64,000 nt of DNA from Symbiopectobacterium sp. (GTDB lineage: Bacteria > Pseudomonadota > Gammaproteobacteria > Enterobacterales > Enterobacteriaceae). Shown here piece after piece: positions 34,665 through 45,712 of the stretch; the stretch's first letter is position 1; each line of letters opens with the position of its first letter. Where the stretch lies: the NCBI RefSeq assembly GCF_047692315.1, contig NZ_JBLLJS010000019.1, positions 2,223 through 66,222 on the forward strand, read 5' to 3'. The notes below the pieces were generated by a model. It was not told where the DNA came from and did not search any database. It was given only the letters and a program-made list of their open reading frames with translations. The position numbers and the translations under genes are program-made.

Positions 34665-36515
34665 GTGTTAAACCGTTATCCTTTGTGGAAGTACCTGATG
34701 CTTGCCGTGGCGTTGCTCATCGGTCTGCTTTATGCGCTTCCTAACCTGTATGGTGAGGATCCGGCGGTACAAATCACTGGCGCGCGAGGCATCGCCGCCA
34801 GTGAGTCAACGCTGATCCAAGTCCAGAATGTATTACAAGAACAAAATATCACCAGCAAATCGCTCGCGTTAGAAAGTGGTGCGATCCTTGCCCGTTTCTC
34901 CACCCCGGATATTCAGCTGCGTGCCCGTGAAGCGCTGGTGAATGCGTTGGGTGAGAAGTATGTCGTGGCCTTGAACCTGGCCCCCGCTACGCCAAACTGG
35001 CTGCGCATGCTGCGTGCGGAACCCATGAAACTGGGTCTGGACCTGCGTGGCGGCGTACACTTCCTGATGGAAGTGGATATGGAAACGGCGTTAGGTAAAC
35101 TGCAAGAGCAGACCATGGGTTCTCCGCGCAGCGATCTGCGTGAAAAGGGCATCCCCTACGCCACTGTGCGTAAAGCCGATGACAATACCGTGGAGATCCG
35201 TTTCCGCGATGCGGCAACGCGTAACGACGCCATTTCGTATCTCACTTCTCGCCATCGCGATCTGGTGTTCAATGCCAGCGGCGATAATCTGATGCGTGCG
35301 ATGATGAGTGGTGAGCGCCTGCGTGAAGCGCGCGAGTATGCCGTACAGCAAAACATCAATATCCTGCGTAACCGTGTTAACCAACTGGGTGTGGCTGAGC
35401 CGCTGGTACAACGCCAGGGGGCAGATCGTATCGTGGTTGAACTGCCTGGTATTCAGGACACCGCGCGCGCCAAAGAGATTCTTGGTGCCACCGCAACGCT
35501 GGAATTCCGTCTGGTGAACAGTTCTGCGGACGTTACGGCGGCAGCGAATGGCCGTGTTCCGGTTGATTCCGAAGTGAAAAACATGCGTGATGGCACCCCG
35601 GTGGTGCTGTACAAGCGTGTGATCCTCACCGGTGACCACATTACCGACTCCACCTCCGGTGCAGACGAATACGGTCGTCCGCAGGTGAATATCTCTCTGG
35701 ACAGCGCGGGCGGTAACGCCATGTCCAATTTCACCAAGGACAGCATCGGCAAACCGATGGCGACTTTGTTTGTGGAATACAAGGACAGCGGTAAGAAAGA
35801 TGCCACGTCGGGTCGTGCAATCCTGGAAAAACACGAAGAGGTGATTAACGTCGCGACCATTCAGTCGCGTTTGGGTAACAGCTTCCGTATTACCGGTATC
35901 GACAACCCGAACGAAGCGCGTCAGCTTTCTCTGCTGCTGCGTGCTGGCGCGTTGATTGCGCCGATCCAGATTGTCGAAGAGCGTACTATCGGCCCTACGC
36001 TGGGTATGCAAAACATCACTCAGGGGCTCGAAGCCTGCTTGTGGGGGCTGGTGGCATCCATCCTGTTTATGGTGGTGTTCTACAAAGGGTTTGGTGTTAT
36101 AGCCACCACGGCGCTGATTGCTAACCTGGTTCTTATCGTCGGGGTTATGTCACTGTTGCCGCGGGCGACGCTTACCATGCCGGGGATTGCCGGTATTGTG
36201 TTGACGCTGGCGGTCGCGGTAGATGCCAACGTACTTATTAACGAACGTATCAAAGAAGAATTCAGGAATGGGCGAACGGTTCAGCAAGCCATTCATGAAG
36301 GGTACAAAGGTGCGTTCTCCAGTATCGTTGACGCCAACCTGACAACGATGATCACGGCAGTGATTCTGTACGCTGTGGGGACCGGTTCAATCAAAGGCTT
36401 TGCCATTACAACGGCGATTGGGGTCGCGACCTCGATGTTTACCGCTATTGTCGGCACCCGCGCGATTGTGAACCTGGTTTACGGCGGCAAACGCGTTAAT
36501 AAGCTGTCTATTTGA
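34665..36515 (+). CDS. secD: Protein translocase subunit SecD
   Basis: The GTG start at 34665 follows GAAGGGAA. The product begins [12 protein letters not shown] and is collinear with E. coli SecD throughout. Confidence 0.95.
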   Translation: MLNRYPLWKYLMLAVALLIGLLYALPNLYGEDPAVQITGARGIAASESTLIQVQNVLQEQNITSKSLALESGAILARFSTPDIQLRAREALVNALGEKYVVALNLAPATPNWLRMLRAEPMKLGLDLRGGVHFLMEVDMETALGKLQEQTMGSPRSDLREKGIPYATVRKADDNTVEIRFRDAATRNDAISYLTSRHRDLVFNASGDNLMRAMMSGERLREAREYAVQQNINILRNRVNQLGVAEPLVQRQGADRIVVELPGIQDTARAKEILGATATLEFRLVNSSADVTAAANGRVPVDSEVKNMRDGTPVVLYKRVILTGDHITDSTSGADEYGRPQVNISLDSAGGNAMSNFTKDSIGKPMATLFVEYKDSGKKDATSGRAILEKHEEVINVATIQSRLGNSFRITGIDNPNEARQLSLLLRAGALIAPIQIVEERTIGPTLGMQNITQGLEACLWGLVASILFMVVFYKGFGVIATTALIANLVLIVGVMSLLPRATLTMPGIAGIVLTLAVAVDANVLINERIKEEFRNGRTVQQAIHEGYKGAFSSIVDANLTTMITAVILYAVGTGSIKGFAITTAIGVATSMFTAIVGTRAIVNLVYGGKRVNKLSI

Positions 36516-36525
36516 GGAGTGCGTC

Positions 36526-37494
36526 GTGGCACAGGAATATACTGTTGAACAGCTCAACTATGGTCGTAAAGTCTATGACTTTATGCGTTGGGATAACGTC
36601 GCGTTCGTCATTTCGGGCACTTTGTTAATCCTGTCACTGGTTGTTATAGGTGTGCGCGGGTTTAACTGGGGGTTGGATTTCACCGGTGGTACGGTGATTG
36701 AAATTAACCTGGAAAAACCGGCCGATCTGGATTTAATTCGTGGCTCGCTGGAAAAAGCCGGTTTTGCCGATCCGTTGATTCAAAACTTCGGCAGCAGCCG
36801 TGATGTGATGGCGCGCATGCCGCTGAGCGTGGGCACTTCAGGTCAGGAACTGGGCAACAAAGTGGTCACCGTGATTAACCAGGGCACAGAACAGAGTGCA
36901 ACGGTGAAGCGTATCGAGTTTGTTGGGCCGAGCATGGGTAATGATTTGGCGCAAGACGGTGCGATGGCGCTGCTGGCCGCATTGATCTGTATCTTGATCT
37001 ACGTGGGTTTCCGCTTCGAATGGCGTTTGGCGCTGGGGACGGTACTGGCATTGGCGCACGATGTGATCATCACCATGGGGGTGTTCTCGCTGTTTCAAAT
37101 CGAAATCGATTTGACCATCGTGGCATCGCTGATGTCGGTTATCGGCTACTCGCTGAACGACAGCATCGTGGTATCAGATCGTATTCGTGAAAACTTCCGC
37201 AAAATTCGCCGTGGTACGCCTTACGAAATCATGAACGTGTCGCTGACTCAGACGTTGAGCCGTACGTTGATGACCTCCGGCACCACGCTGGGTGTAGTGC
37301 TGATGCTCTACATTTTCGGCGGCGCTATGCTGGAAGGTTTCTCGTTGGCGATGCTGATCGGGGTGTCTATCGGTACCATCTCCTCCATCTACGTGGCCTC
37401 GGCGCTGGCGCTGAAACTCGGGATGAAGCGCGAGTACCTGCTGGTGCAGAAAGTCGAGAAGGAAGGGGCGGATCAGCCTTCCCTCCCGCTTTAA
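36526..37494 (+). CDS. secF: Protein translocase subunit SecF
   Basis: The 322-aa product begins [22 protein letters not shown] and is collinear with E. coli SecF. Confidence 0.95.
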   Translation: MAQEYTVEQLNYGRKVYDFMRWDNVAFVISGTLLILSLVVIGVRGFNWGLDFTGGTVIEINLEKPADLDLIRGSLEKAGFADPLIQNFGSSRDVMARMPLSVGTSGQELGNKVVTVINQGTEQSATVKRIEFVGPSMGNDLAQDGAMALLAALICILIYVGFRFEWRLALGTVLALAHDVIITMGVFSLFQIEIDLTIVASLMSVIGYSLNDSIVVSDRIRENFRKIRRGTPYEIMNVSLTQTLSRTLMTSGTTLGVVLMLYIFGGAMLEGFSLAMLIGVSIGTISSIYVASALALKLGMKREYLLVQKVEKEGADQPSLPL

Positions 37495-37498
37495 GTAT

Positions 37499-38083
37499 TT
37501 ACGATAACCTTGATGAAAATCCCTGCTGCGGCAGGGATTTTTTTTTGCATTGAGGCGCAGTGGTCTCAACCTGATGCAGGCGCACAAAACCTAATTGTTC
37601 CGGTGTAACGCCGCTCAGGCGTACGCCGAATACGGCTTCGGTTTTGGGCAAGAGTGCGGCATCCAGAGTGAGCTGCTGTGTTTGTGTTTCGCTCGGCAAT
37701 GGCTTATTGCTGACCGGGTCGATCTGACCCCAGTCGAGCTGTGCGTGAAATGAAGGCAATGCGGCGCCTTCAAGAAGTCGAACGTGCAATAGTGCCTGAG
37801 TGCCGTTGGCTTCGGGTTCAATGTGGCTCAGTGAAATACTCAGTTTTCCAATGTTGCTTTGCAAAATAGCGCTGGTTTTCGCATCGGGTAACAGGTAAAC
37901 GCCGTGGGTAGAGTGGCTGTTTAACGTATTTTGCTGCTCCAGAGCTAACGCTTGCGCCGTCAGCGTTTGTAATTGCCGGTTCAGTTGCCCGACTTCTCGT
38001 TGCAGCGTAGGGGTCTGCGGCGGCGCGGCACAGCCCGCTAGTGCCAGCATCAGGAGGCCAGATGCACGATAACATTTAATCAT
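37499..38083 (-). CDS. yajI: Lipoprotein (YajI/DUF3251-like by position and lipobox)
   Basis: The ORF is 194 aa and has the lipobox LMLALAGC. It sits on the opposite strand between secF and nrdR, as yajI does in E. coli. Its C-terminal ~20 codons read through the secF terminator hairpin, so the 3' end is uncertain. Confidence 0.6.
   Translation of the reverse strand: MIKCYRASGLLMLALAGCAAPPQTPTLQREVGQLNRQLQTLTAQALALEQQNTLNSHSTHGVYLLPDAKTSAILQSNIGKLSISLSHIEPEANGTQALLHVRLLEGAALPSFHAQLDWGQIDPVSNKPLPSETQTQQLTLDAALLPKTEAVFGVRLSGVTPEQLGFVRLHQVETTAPQCKKKSLPQQGFSSRLS
37517..37546 (+). terminator. Intrinsic terminator after secF
   Basis: The stem is atccctgc and gcagggat around loop tgcg, followed by a run of 9 T. 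Confidence 0.85.
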
Positions 38084-38289
38084 TCAGGTTTTTCCCTCAT
38101 TGCATTATGCATTTTCTCGTATCGTCTTTGAGTGGCAAGTGTATAAGTGTAGTGGCGAATGGGAGCTAAATCATGTCGCGTTTGTGCCAGCGGGTGTGCA
38201 AATATTGGCTTGTAAGCGCTGGATATTTGGGTTAGTCAGCCAATTCAGGGTAAACTAGGCGCAAGAGAAGCTAATCATCGGGATACGTT

Positions 38290-38739
38290 ATGCACTGCCC
38301 ATTCTGCTCCGCTGTTGATACCAAAGTTATTGATTCCCGTCTGGTCGGCGAAGGCACGCAGGTGCGCCGCCGCCGTCAATGTCTGGTGTGCAATGAGCGC
38401 TTTACCACGTTCGAAGTGGCGGAGCTGGTGATGCCCCGGGTGATAAAAAGTAATGACGTTCGCGAGCCCTTTAATGAAGACAAATTACGGAAAGGGATGC
38501 TGAAAGCGTTAGAAAAACGCCCCGTGAGTGCGGATGATGTCGAAAACGCCATCAACCATATCAAATCGCAGCTGCGCGCAACAGGTGAGCGTGAAGTCAC
38601 CGCCAAGATGATTGGCAATCTGGTGATGGATGCCCTGAAACATTTGGATAAAGTCGCTTATATTCGTTTTGCCTCCGTGTACCGCAGCTTTGAGGATATC
38701 CGGGAGTTTGGCGAAGAGATCGCTCGGTTACAGGATTAG
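38290..38739 (+). CDS. nrdR: Transcriptional repressor NrdR
   Basis: The 149-aa product begins [19 protein letters not shown] and includes [17 protein letters not shown], giving a zinc ribbon plus ATP-cone. Confidence 0.96.
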   Translation: MHCPFCSAVDTKVIDSRLVGEGTQVRRRRQCLVCNERFTTFEVAELVMPRVIKSNDVREPFNEDKLRKGMLKALEKRPVSADDVENAINHIKSQLRATGEREVTAKMIGNLVMDALKHLDKVAYIRFASVYRSFEDIREFGEEIARLQD

Positions 38740-38743
38740 TAAT

Positions 38744-39859
38744 ATGGAACGGCAAGATGAATTCTGGATGGCGCGCGCACTTGAATTAGCGCGCCGTGGG
38801 CGCTTTACTACTTCGCCAAACCCTAACGTTGGCTGTGTGATTGTGCGTGACGGTGAGATGGTCGGTGAAGGTTATCATCTACGCGCCGGCGAGCCCCATG
38901 CGGAAGTGCATGCATTACGTATGGCGGGCGAACGAGCACGGGGCGCGACCGCCTATGTGACGTTGGAGCCGTGTAGCCATCACGGACGCACGCCGCCCTG
39001 CGCCGATGCGCTGATTGCGGCGGGCGTGGCGCGCGTTGTGGCGGCTATGCAGGATCCGAACCCGCAGGTGGCCGGGCGTGGTCTGCACCGTTTGCAGCAG
39101 GAGGGGATCGCCGTCAGCCACGGCCTGATGATGCAGGATGCCGAACAGGTGAATCTGGGGTTTCTTAAACGGATGCGCACGGGTGTTCCGTATGTGCGCC
39201 TTAAGATCGCCGCCTCGCTGGATGGTCGCACTGCAATGGCTTCGGGAGAAAGCAAGTGGATTACCTCTGCTGAGGCTCGTCAGGATGTGCAGCGTTTTCG
39301 CGCACAAAGCGCCGCTATCCTCAGCAGCAGTGCCACCGTGCTGGCCGACGATCCATTACTCACGGTTCGTTGGGATGCGTTAGATTCAGATACGAAACAA
39401 CAGCTTCCTGAGACAGCGCTTGCGCAGCCCGTACGTGTGATTGTCGATAGCCATGGCCGGGTGACGCCTCAACATCAATTGGTCCATCAACCGGGCCAAA
39501 CCTGGTTGGCGAGCACCCAGCCGAACAATCACACTGCGTGGCCTGAAGGTGTTGAGCACCTTACACTGCCCGCTCACGGTGGCGGTGTCGATTTGGTCGC
39601 GTTAATGATGACACTGGGTAAGAGCCAGATTAATTCAGTTTGGGTTGAGGCCGGCGCTACGCTAGCGGGTGCGTTATTAAATGCGGACGTGGTTGATGAA
39701 TTGATCGTCTATATGGCCCCGAAACTGTTGGGACAAGATGCCCGGGCGCTGTGTGTGCTGCCGGGATTAACGCAGTTGGCGAAAGCGCCTTCATTTACGC
39801 TGATAGAGGTCCGCCAGATTGGTCCCGATCTCCGTCTGCGCTTGATACCGCAATCCTGA
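38744..39859 (+). CDS. ribD: Bifunctional diaminohydroxyphosphoribosylaminopyrimidine deaminase / 5-amino-6-(5-phosphoribosylamino)uracil reductase RibD
   Basis: From the ATG at 38744 the product shows the deaminase motifs HAEV and PCSHHGRTPPC. It is collinear with E. coli RibD. Confidence 0.93.
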   Translation: MERQDEFWMARALELARRGRFTTSPNPNVGCVIVRDGEMVGEGYHLRAGEPHAEVHALRMAGERARGATAYVTLEPCSHHGRTPPCADALIAAGVARVVAAMQDPNPQVAGRGLHRLQQEGIAVSHGLMMQDAEQVNLGFLKRMRTGVPYVRLKIAASLDGRTAMASGESKWITSAEARQDVQRFRAQSAAILSSSATVLADDPLLTVRWDALDSDTKQQLPETALAQPVRVIVDSHGRVTPQHQLVHQPGQTWLASTQPNNHTAWPEGVEHLTLPAHGGGVDLVALMMTLGKSQINSVWVEAGATLAGALLNADVVDELIVYMAPKLLGQDARALCVLPGLTQLAKAPSFTLIEVRQIGPDLRLRLIPQS

Positions 39860-40002
39860 CGCCGATATCGTGCGGCTTTGGTCTGCTCTGGCTTCAATAG
39901 GGTGTGGTAGACAAAACCGGATACGCCGTCGCAAGAATGTGATAGAATCCACACATCCCCCCCGCGGGGTATTAGCATGCGATTATGATTATAAGGAACG
40001 CT

Positions 40003-40467
40003 ATGAACGTCATTGAAGGTGTTGTTGCCACCCCTGATGCCCGCATCGCGATTGCGATTGCCCGCTTCAACCATTTCATCAACGATAGCCTGCTGGAAGG
40101 TGCTATCGATGCGTTGAAACGTATTGGTCAGGTCAAAGATGAAAACATTACCGTAGTGTGGGTGCCGGGTGCCTATGAGCTGCCGATGACGGCGCGTGCG
40201 CTGGCGAAAAGTGGTTATGACGCGGTTGTGGCACTGGGCACAGTGATCCGTGGCGGCACAGCGCACTTCGAATATGTTGCGGGTGAATGCAGCTCCGGGT
40301 TGGCCCATGTTGCCATGAACAGCGATATTCCGGTGACGTTTGGCGTATTGACGACGGAAAGCATCGAGCAGGCCATTGAACGTGCTGGCACCAAAGCGGG
40401 TAATAAAGGCGCGGAAGCCGCGCTGACTGCGCTGGAAATGATTAACGTATTGAAAGATATCAAATAA
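40003..40467 (+). CDS. ribH: 6,7-dimethyl-8-ribityllumazine synthase
   Basis: From the ATG at 40003 the product begins [61 protein letters not shown]. It is near-identical to E. coli RibE/RibH. Confidence 0.95.
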   Translation: MNVIEGVVATPDARIAIAIARFNHFINDSLLEGAIDALKRIGQVKDENITVVWVPGAYELPMTARALAKSGYDAVVALGTVIRGGTAHFEYVAGECSSGLAHVAMNSDIPVTFGVLTTESIEQAIERAGTKAGNKGAEAALTALEMINVLKDIK

Positions 40468-40491
40468 ATTTGATTAAGAAAGGGGTATTCC

Positions 40492-40911
40492 GTGAAACCT
40501 GCTGCTCGTCGCCGCGCTCGTGAATGTGCGGTTCAAGCGCTGTATTCCTGGCAGTTGTCAAAGAATGACATTGCTGATATTGAACTGCAATTCCTGAGTG
40601 AGCAGGATGTCAAAGATGTCGACATCAACTACTTTCGCGAGTTGCTGGCGGGCGTCGCCATGCAGGCAGAAAAACTGGATGCATTGATGGCACCCTACCT
40701 GTCACGTCAGCTCGAAGAGTTGGGGCAGGTGGAGAGAGCCGTGTTGCGTATTGCGTTGTTCGAATTGAGCAAGCGCGACGACGTTCCTTACAAGGTTGCC
40801 ATCAACGAAGCCATTGAGTTGGCGAAAGTGTTCGGTGCGGAAGATAGCCACAAGTTTGTCAACGGCGTATTGGATAAAGTAGCACCGACGGTGCGCCAAA
40901 CGAAGAAGTAA
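40492..40911 (+). CDS. nusB: Transcription antitermination factor NusB
   Basis: The start is GTG. The 139-aa product begins [23 protein letters not shown]. Confidence 0.96.
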   Translation: MKPAARRRARECAVQALYSWQLSKNDIADIELQFLSEQDVKDVDINYFRELLAGVAMQAEKLDALMAPYLSRQLEELGQVERAVLRIALFELSKRDDVPYKVAINEAIELAKVFGAEDSHKFVNGVLDKVAPTVRQTKK

Positions 40912-40965
40912 CGCTCAGGGCCGGAATACCGGCCCTGTTCGCGATTGCCCTTGACGGAAACGGTT

Positions 40966-41706
40966 ATGGTTTACGGTGAGTTTGATCTGATTGTCCGTTA
41001 TTTCAATCGCGCAAACGCGTACAAGGCCGGAAATCCGCGTCGCGATGTGGAATTGGGGACTGGCGACGATTGCGCGTTGCTCTCGGTGGCTGAAAAGCAG
41101 CTTTTAGCCGTCAGTACCGATGCCCTAGTTTCCTGGGTACATTTCCTGCCTACTATCGATCCGGCTGATTTGGGTTACAAATCGCTAGCGGTGAACCTGA
41201 GCGATCTGGCGGCCATGGGGGCCGATCCTGCCTGGCTCTCTTTGGCCATTACCTTACCAGAAATCAACAGCGCATGGCTGGCGGCCTATAGTGATAGTCT
41301 GTTCACGCTGCTGGATTACTACGGAATGCAACTGATCGGCGGCGATACCACGCGTGGCCCTCTGAGCCTGACATTGACCATCCATGGGTTGGTGCCTGCC
41401 GGTCGCGCGCTGACTCGTGCCGGTGCGCGCATTCAACTTGACGCTATCCCATACTCATCGGCAATGATGCAGCACGTTGAACCCGATCAGGCGCTGCGTT
41501 GGGCACTGTCTGGTGGCGAAGACTATGAACTGTGCTTTACCGTGCCAGAAATTAATCGCGGGGCAATTGATATGGCGCTGGGTCAGCTCGGCGTTGGCTA
41601 CACGTGCATTGGCCAAATTGCACCGTCTTCCGAGGGGTTACGCTTTTTCCGTGGTGACAACGCGGTGGAACTGAACTGGAAAGGCTATGACCACTTTAGC
41701 CAATGA
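40966..41706 (+). CDS. thiL: Thiamine-monophosphate kinase ThiL with an in-frame internal deletion of about 78 codons (probable pseudogene)
   Basis: The product is 246 aa, against about 325 aa for E. coli ThiL (from memory). The N-terminal part is collinear through RALTRAGAR. It then jumps directly to [10 protein letters not shown]...[20 protein letters not shown]. The PGDW.YVTG..GDSAAGL segment that follows GA(K/R) is absent. The junction lies at about 41430/41431. Confidence 0.85.
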   Translation: MVYGEFDLIVRYFNRANAYKAGNPRRDVELGTGDDCALLSVAEKQLLAVSTDALVSWVHFLPTIDPADLGYKSLAVNLSDLAAMGADPAWLSLAITLPEINSAWLAAYSDSLFTLLDYYGMQLIGGDTTRGPLSLTLTIHGLVPAGRALTRAGARIQLDAIPYSSAMMQHVEPDQALRWALSGGEDYELCFTVPEINRGAIDMALGQLGVGYTCIGQIAPSSEGLRFFRGDNAVELNWKGYDHFSQ

Positions 41707-42208
41707 CCGTGAAGCGAAGCGTGCCGCGAAGCAGCGCTTGCGCCTGAGCAACCCTTGGCATTTGCTGGCAACCGGATTTGGCAGCGGTCTCTCTCCTTGG
41801 ATGCCGGGGACTGCGGGTTCGCTGGCGGCGATCCCGGTGTGGTATTTGCTTTCTTTCCTGCCCTGGCAGCTTTATTCGCTGACCATCATGCTCAGCATTT
41901 GCATTGGCGTCTACCTGTGTCACCAAACGGCCAAAGACATGGGCGTGCACGATCACGGCAGTATTGTCTGGGATGAGTTTGTCGGGATGTGGATTACGCT
42001 GATGGCAATTCCCGATGAACAGTGGCAGTGGGTGCTGGCCGGTTTTGTGGTGTTTCGTATTCTGGATATTTTCAAACCCTGGCCAATACGCTGGTTTGAT
42101 CGCAACGTGCATAGCGGTATGGGCATCATGATTGACGATATTGTGGCAGGCATCATCTCAGCAGGCATTATCTACTGGATAGGGCATCACTGGCCACTGT
42201 TCTCCTGA
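41687..42208 (+). CDS. pgpA: Phosphatidylglycerophosphatase A
   Basis: The 173-aa product includes [23 protein letters not shown] and [17 protein letters not shown]. It is collinear with E. coli PgpA and overlaps the thiL 3' end by 20 nt. Confidence 0.93.
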   Translation: MTTLANDREAKRAAKQRLRLSNPWHLLATGFGSGLSPWMPGTAGSLAAIPVWYLLSFLPWQLYSLTIMLSICIGVYLCHQTAKDMGVHDHGSIVWDEFVGMWITLMAIPDEQWQWVLAGFVVFRILDIFKPWPIRWFDRNVHSGMGIMIDDIVAGIISAGIIYWIGHHWPLFS

Positions 42209-42278
42209 GCCCTACCGTTTTCTTAATTAATTGTTTTATTGACCTGATAGACCGGGGCGGCGGCCCCGGTCTATCAGA

Positions 42279-44141
42279 TTATTGCAGCCACTCATCAATG
42301 CGGCGCTCAATGCCCGCCACATCCAATCCCAAATCGTGGCGAACTTCTTCCTGTGTTCCTTGCGGAATAAAGCTGTCCGGCAGTCCCAGATTCAGCACGG
42401 GAATGCCCAGCCGTTGTGCCATAACCACTTCGTTTACACCGCTACCTGCACCGCCCATCAGCGCATTCTCTTCCAGCGTAACCAGCAGATCGTGGCTTTG
42501 CGCCAGTTCAGCGATCAGCGCTTCATCCAGCGGTTTGACGAAACGCATGTCGACTAACGTGGCATCGCGTTTTTCAGCAACCTGCTGTGCTTCTGGCAGC
42601 AGCGTCCCGAAGTTAAGGATGGCAACCTTCTCGCCTTTGCGTCGTACCACACCCTTGCCGATAGGCAATTCCTGCAACGGCTCAAGCGTGGCACCTGTCC
42701 CGGTACCTCGCGGGTAGCGCACGGCACAAGGGCCATCCTGATAACGGTAGCCGGTAAACAGCATTTGGCGGCATTCGTTCTCATCGCTCGGCGCCATGAT
42801 AATCAAATCGGGAATGCAGCGCAGGAAGGACAAATCAAAAGCCCCCTGGTGCGTTTGGCCGTCTGCGCCCACAATGCCACCGCGATCGATGGCGAACAGC
42901 ACCGGCAGATTCTGAATCGCGACGTCGTGAATCACCTGATCGTAAGCGCGCTGCAAAAACGTCGAGTAGATAGCAACCACGGGTTTGTATCCGCCCAGTG
43001 CCAAACCGGCGGCAAAGGTGACGGCGTGCTGCTCGGCAATGGCAACATCGAAATATTGTTGCGGATAGTCGCGCGAGAAGCGCACCATGCCGGAGCCTTC
43101 ACGCATCGCTGGCGTCACCGCCATCAGTTTGCTGTCTTTAGCGGCGATTTCACACAGCCAATCACCAAAAATGGCGGAGTAGGTGGGGAGACCCGCTTTG
43201 CTTTTTGGCAAGGTGCCGCTGGCCGGATCAAACTTCGGCACGGCATGCCAGCTAATAGGATCCTGCTCAGCCGGAGCATAACCACGGCCTTTTTTGGTCA
43301 TGATATGCAGTAACTGCGGGCCTTTCAGGCTACGCATGTTTTTCAGGGTTTGAGCCAATCCGACTACATCGTGACCGTCGACCGGGCCGATGTAGTTAAA
43401 ACCGAGCTCTTCAAACAGCGTTCCCGGCACGACCATACCTTTCAGGTGTTCCTCGGTGCGTTTGATCAGCTCTTTGATCGGCGGGATGCCAGACAGGACT
43501 TTTTTCCCGCCTTCACGCAGGGTGGAGTAGAGTTTGCCTGATAACAGCTGCGCAAGGTGATTGTTGAGCGCCCCGACGTTCTCGGAAATGGACATCTCGT
43601 TGTCGTTCAATACCACCAGTAGATCGGAGCGAATGTCGCCTGCGTGGTTCATCGCTTCAAACGCCATACCTGCCGTCAGCGCACCGTCGCCGATAACGCA
43701 CACAGTGCGGCGTCCTTTGCCTTCGCGTTCGGCGGCAACCGCCATTCCCAGCCCGGCGCTGATCGAGGTGGAGGAGTGGCCGACGCTCAGCACGTCATAT
43801 TCACTCTCGCCACGCCAGGGGAATGGGTGCAGGCCGCCTTTTTGACGGATGGTGGCAATACGATCGCGGCGCCCGGTAATGATTTTGTGCGGATAGGCCT
43901 GATGGCCGACATCCCACACCAGATGGTCAAACGGCGTATTGTAGACGTAGTGCAACGCCACGGTGAGTTCAACGGTGCCGAGCCCTGACGCAAAGTGGCC
44001 ACTGGAGCGGCTGACGCTGTCCAGCAGATATTGACGAAGTTCATCGCACAGTTTTGGCAGGCTGTCACGTGGCAGTATGCGCAGTTCGTCAGGTGTTTCC
44101 ACTAAAGCCAGTGTAGGGTACTTTGCAATATCAAAACTCAT
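42279..44141 (-). CDS. dxs: 1-deoxy-D-xylulose-5-phosphate synthase
   Basis: The 620-aa product begins [21 protein letters not shown] and includes the TPP-binding [18 protein letters not shown]. Confidence 0.96.
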   Translation of the reverse strand: MSFDIAKYPTLALVETPDELRILPRDSLPKLCDELRQYLLDSVSRSSGHFASGLGTVELTVALHYVYNTPFDHLVWDVGHQAYPHKIITGRRDRIATIRQKGGLHPFPWRGESEYDVLSVGHSSTSISAGLGMAVAAEREGKGRRTVCVIGDGALTAGMAFEAMNHAGDIRSDLLVVLNDNEMSISENVGALNNHLAQLLSGKLYSTLREGGKKVLSGIPPIKELIKRTEEHLKGMVVPGTLFEELGFNYIGPVDGHDVVGLAQTLKNMRSLKGPQLLHIMTKKGRGYAPAEQDPISWHAVPKFDPASGTLPKSKAGLPTYSAIFGDWLCEIAAKDSKLMAVTPAMREGSGMVRFSRDYPQQYFDVAIAEQHAVTFAAGLALGGYKPVVAIYSTFLQRAYDQVIHDVAIQNLPVLFAIDRGGIVGADGQTHQGAFDLSFLRCIPDLIIMAPSDENECRQMLFTGYRYQDGPCAVRYPRGTGTGATLEPLQELPIGKGVVRRKGEKVAILNFGTLLPEAQQVAEKRDATLVDMRFVKPLDEALIAELAQSHDLLVTLEENALMGGAGSGVNEVVMAQRLGIPVLNLGLPDSFIPQGTQEEVRHDLGLDVAGIERRIDEWLQ

Positions 44142-44253
44142 TTGCGACTCATTCTGAGGTGTTATTCCCGTTCTCTTTCAAGCGGCGAATGGAGCGTCCA
44201 TCTGGGTGTTATCGCCGTGCGACACGCTTGAAATCCACTGGGTGATGTTGAAA

Positions 44254-45165
44254 TTATTTATCTCGTTCGACGATATAATTCGCCAATGCCTGCAGCGCCG
44301 AGGTATCAAGCGGTGTTGTACTGGCCGCTTGCAGCTCATCCAGTGCTGCCAGTGATTCCTGATAAAGATCTCGCGCTTTTGCTCGCGCACTGTCAAGCTC
44401 AAGCAGGCCGGGATAAGTGCTTTTACCCAGTTGCTGATCGGCCCCTTGTCGTTTGCCGGTTGTGGCACTGTCTCCGACCACATCAAGAATGTCATCCTGC
44501 ACCTGAAAGGCCAGGCCGATAGCATTGGCATAGCGATCGAGGTAGGGCAGGGCCGCTCGGCCGGAGGCGCCAGCGCTCAGCGCGCCGAGCCTGACCGCCG
44601 CGCGAATCAATGCACCGGTTTTATGGCGATGAATTTGCTCCAGTGCAGACAGACTGACCTGCTTACCTTCCGCAGCCAGATCCAGCGCTTGTCCGCCACA
44701 CATGCCTGCCACGCCGCTGGCCTGCGCCAGTTCCGCGACCATTGACAGGCGATCTCGCTCGCCAACTTCCGGCATCGATGCCTCTGCCAAAATGGAAAAC
44801 GCCAGCGTTTGAAGTGCATCTCCGGCCAGAACCGCAGTGGCTTCACCAAATTTAATGTGGCAGGTCGGTTGACCACGGCGCAAGTCATCGTCATCCATGG
44901 CGGGTAAATCGTCATGAATCAGCGAATAGGCGTGGATACATTCCACTGACGCTGCGGGGGCATCCAGACTGGTCAGCGGAATGCCGAAAAGTTGCCCGGT
45001 GGTATAAACCAAAAAAGGCCGAAGGCGTTTGCCTCCCAGCAATGCGCCGTATGCCATGGCGTCAACCAACGGACTGCCCTGAAACGGCAAGCTTGAGATA
45101 AACCGGTTTAATGCCTGGTTAACGCGATCGGCATGGGCGCTTAATTGCGCGGCGAATTCCGTCAT
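44254..45165 (-). CDS. ispA: Farnesyl diphosphate synthase IspA
   Basis: The ORF is 303 aa, with the first DDxxD motif in [17 protein letters not shown] and the second in VQDDILD. Its ATG overlaps the xseB TGA as ATGA. Confidence 0.94.
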   Translation of the reverse strand: MTEFAAQLSAHADRVNQALNRFISSLPFQGSPLVDAMAYGALLGGKRLRPFLVYTTGQLFGIPLTSLDAPAASVECIHAYSLIHDDLPAMDDDDLRRGQPTCHIKFGEATAVLAGDALQTLAFSILAEASMPEVGERDRLSMVAELAQASGVAGMCGGQALDLAAEGKQVSLSALEQIHRHKTGALIRAAVRLGALSAGASGRAALPYLDRYANAIGLAFQVQDDILDVVGDSATTGKRQGADQQLGKSTYPGLLELDSARAKARDLYQESLAALDELQAASTTPLDTSALQALANYIVERDK

Positions 45166-45470
45166 AGTGACTTACTGTTCTGGTTTGTGGCGCCCTGCGT
45201 AAAGGGGGACAGCGCGGCATCCGGCTCATCGCTAAGCAGAATCTGCACGCGTTGTTCCGCCTGTTGCAACTGCAACTGTCCCTGTCGCGTCAACTGTATA
45301 CCGTTTTCAAAGGCGCTTAGCGCCTCTTCCAGCGGCAAGTCTCCCGACTCAAGGCGGGTGACAATCTGTTCCAACTGTTGCAGTGCGTGCTCAAAACTCA
45401 GCGCTGAATCAGCATCGTTTGGCATTTCGCGGTTTGCCTCTGCGTGAGGCGGTGTTTTTTTTGCAGGCAT
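45162..45470 (-). CDS. xseB: Exodeoxyribonuclease VII small subunit XseB
   Basis: The core [28 protein letters not shown]...[12 protein letters not shown] matches E. coli XseB. The start may instead be the internal Met at 45425, since the annotated ORF is about 20 aa longer than the E. coli protein. Confidence 0.88.
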   Translation of the reverse strand: MPAKKTPPHAEANREMPNDADSALSFEHALQQLEQIVTRLESGDLPLEEALSAFENGIQLTRQGQLQLQQAEQRVQILLSDEPDAALSPFTQGATNQNSKSL

Positions 45471-45712
45471 GACCTATTTTACATCCTGATCGCTAAGTGA
45501 CGCTGTTCTTTTATTGTCGTTAATCGTTCTGCCCGGCATGGCCCATCGCACAGATATGCGCATCCTTCCTGCGCGCAGCGTGCGAGAAGATGATATACTC
45601 CGCGCCCTGGATGCTATTGGTAAAATCATCCCATTGAACGAGTTTACCGATAACGTGAATGTAGCACTCGGGTTAACACTTACGCCCATTTGACCAAGTA
45701 ACGACGGCCATC

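Noticed and set aside
39860-40002. I looked for an FMN riboswitch upstream of ribH, a TPP riboswitch near the thi genes, and an sRNA between the convergent and divergent gene pairs.
   Set aside because: I could not recognise any conserved riboswitch core sequences. In E. coli these loci also lack them.
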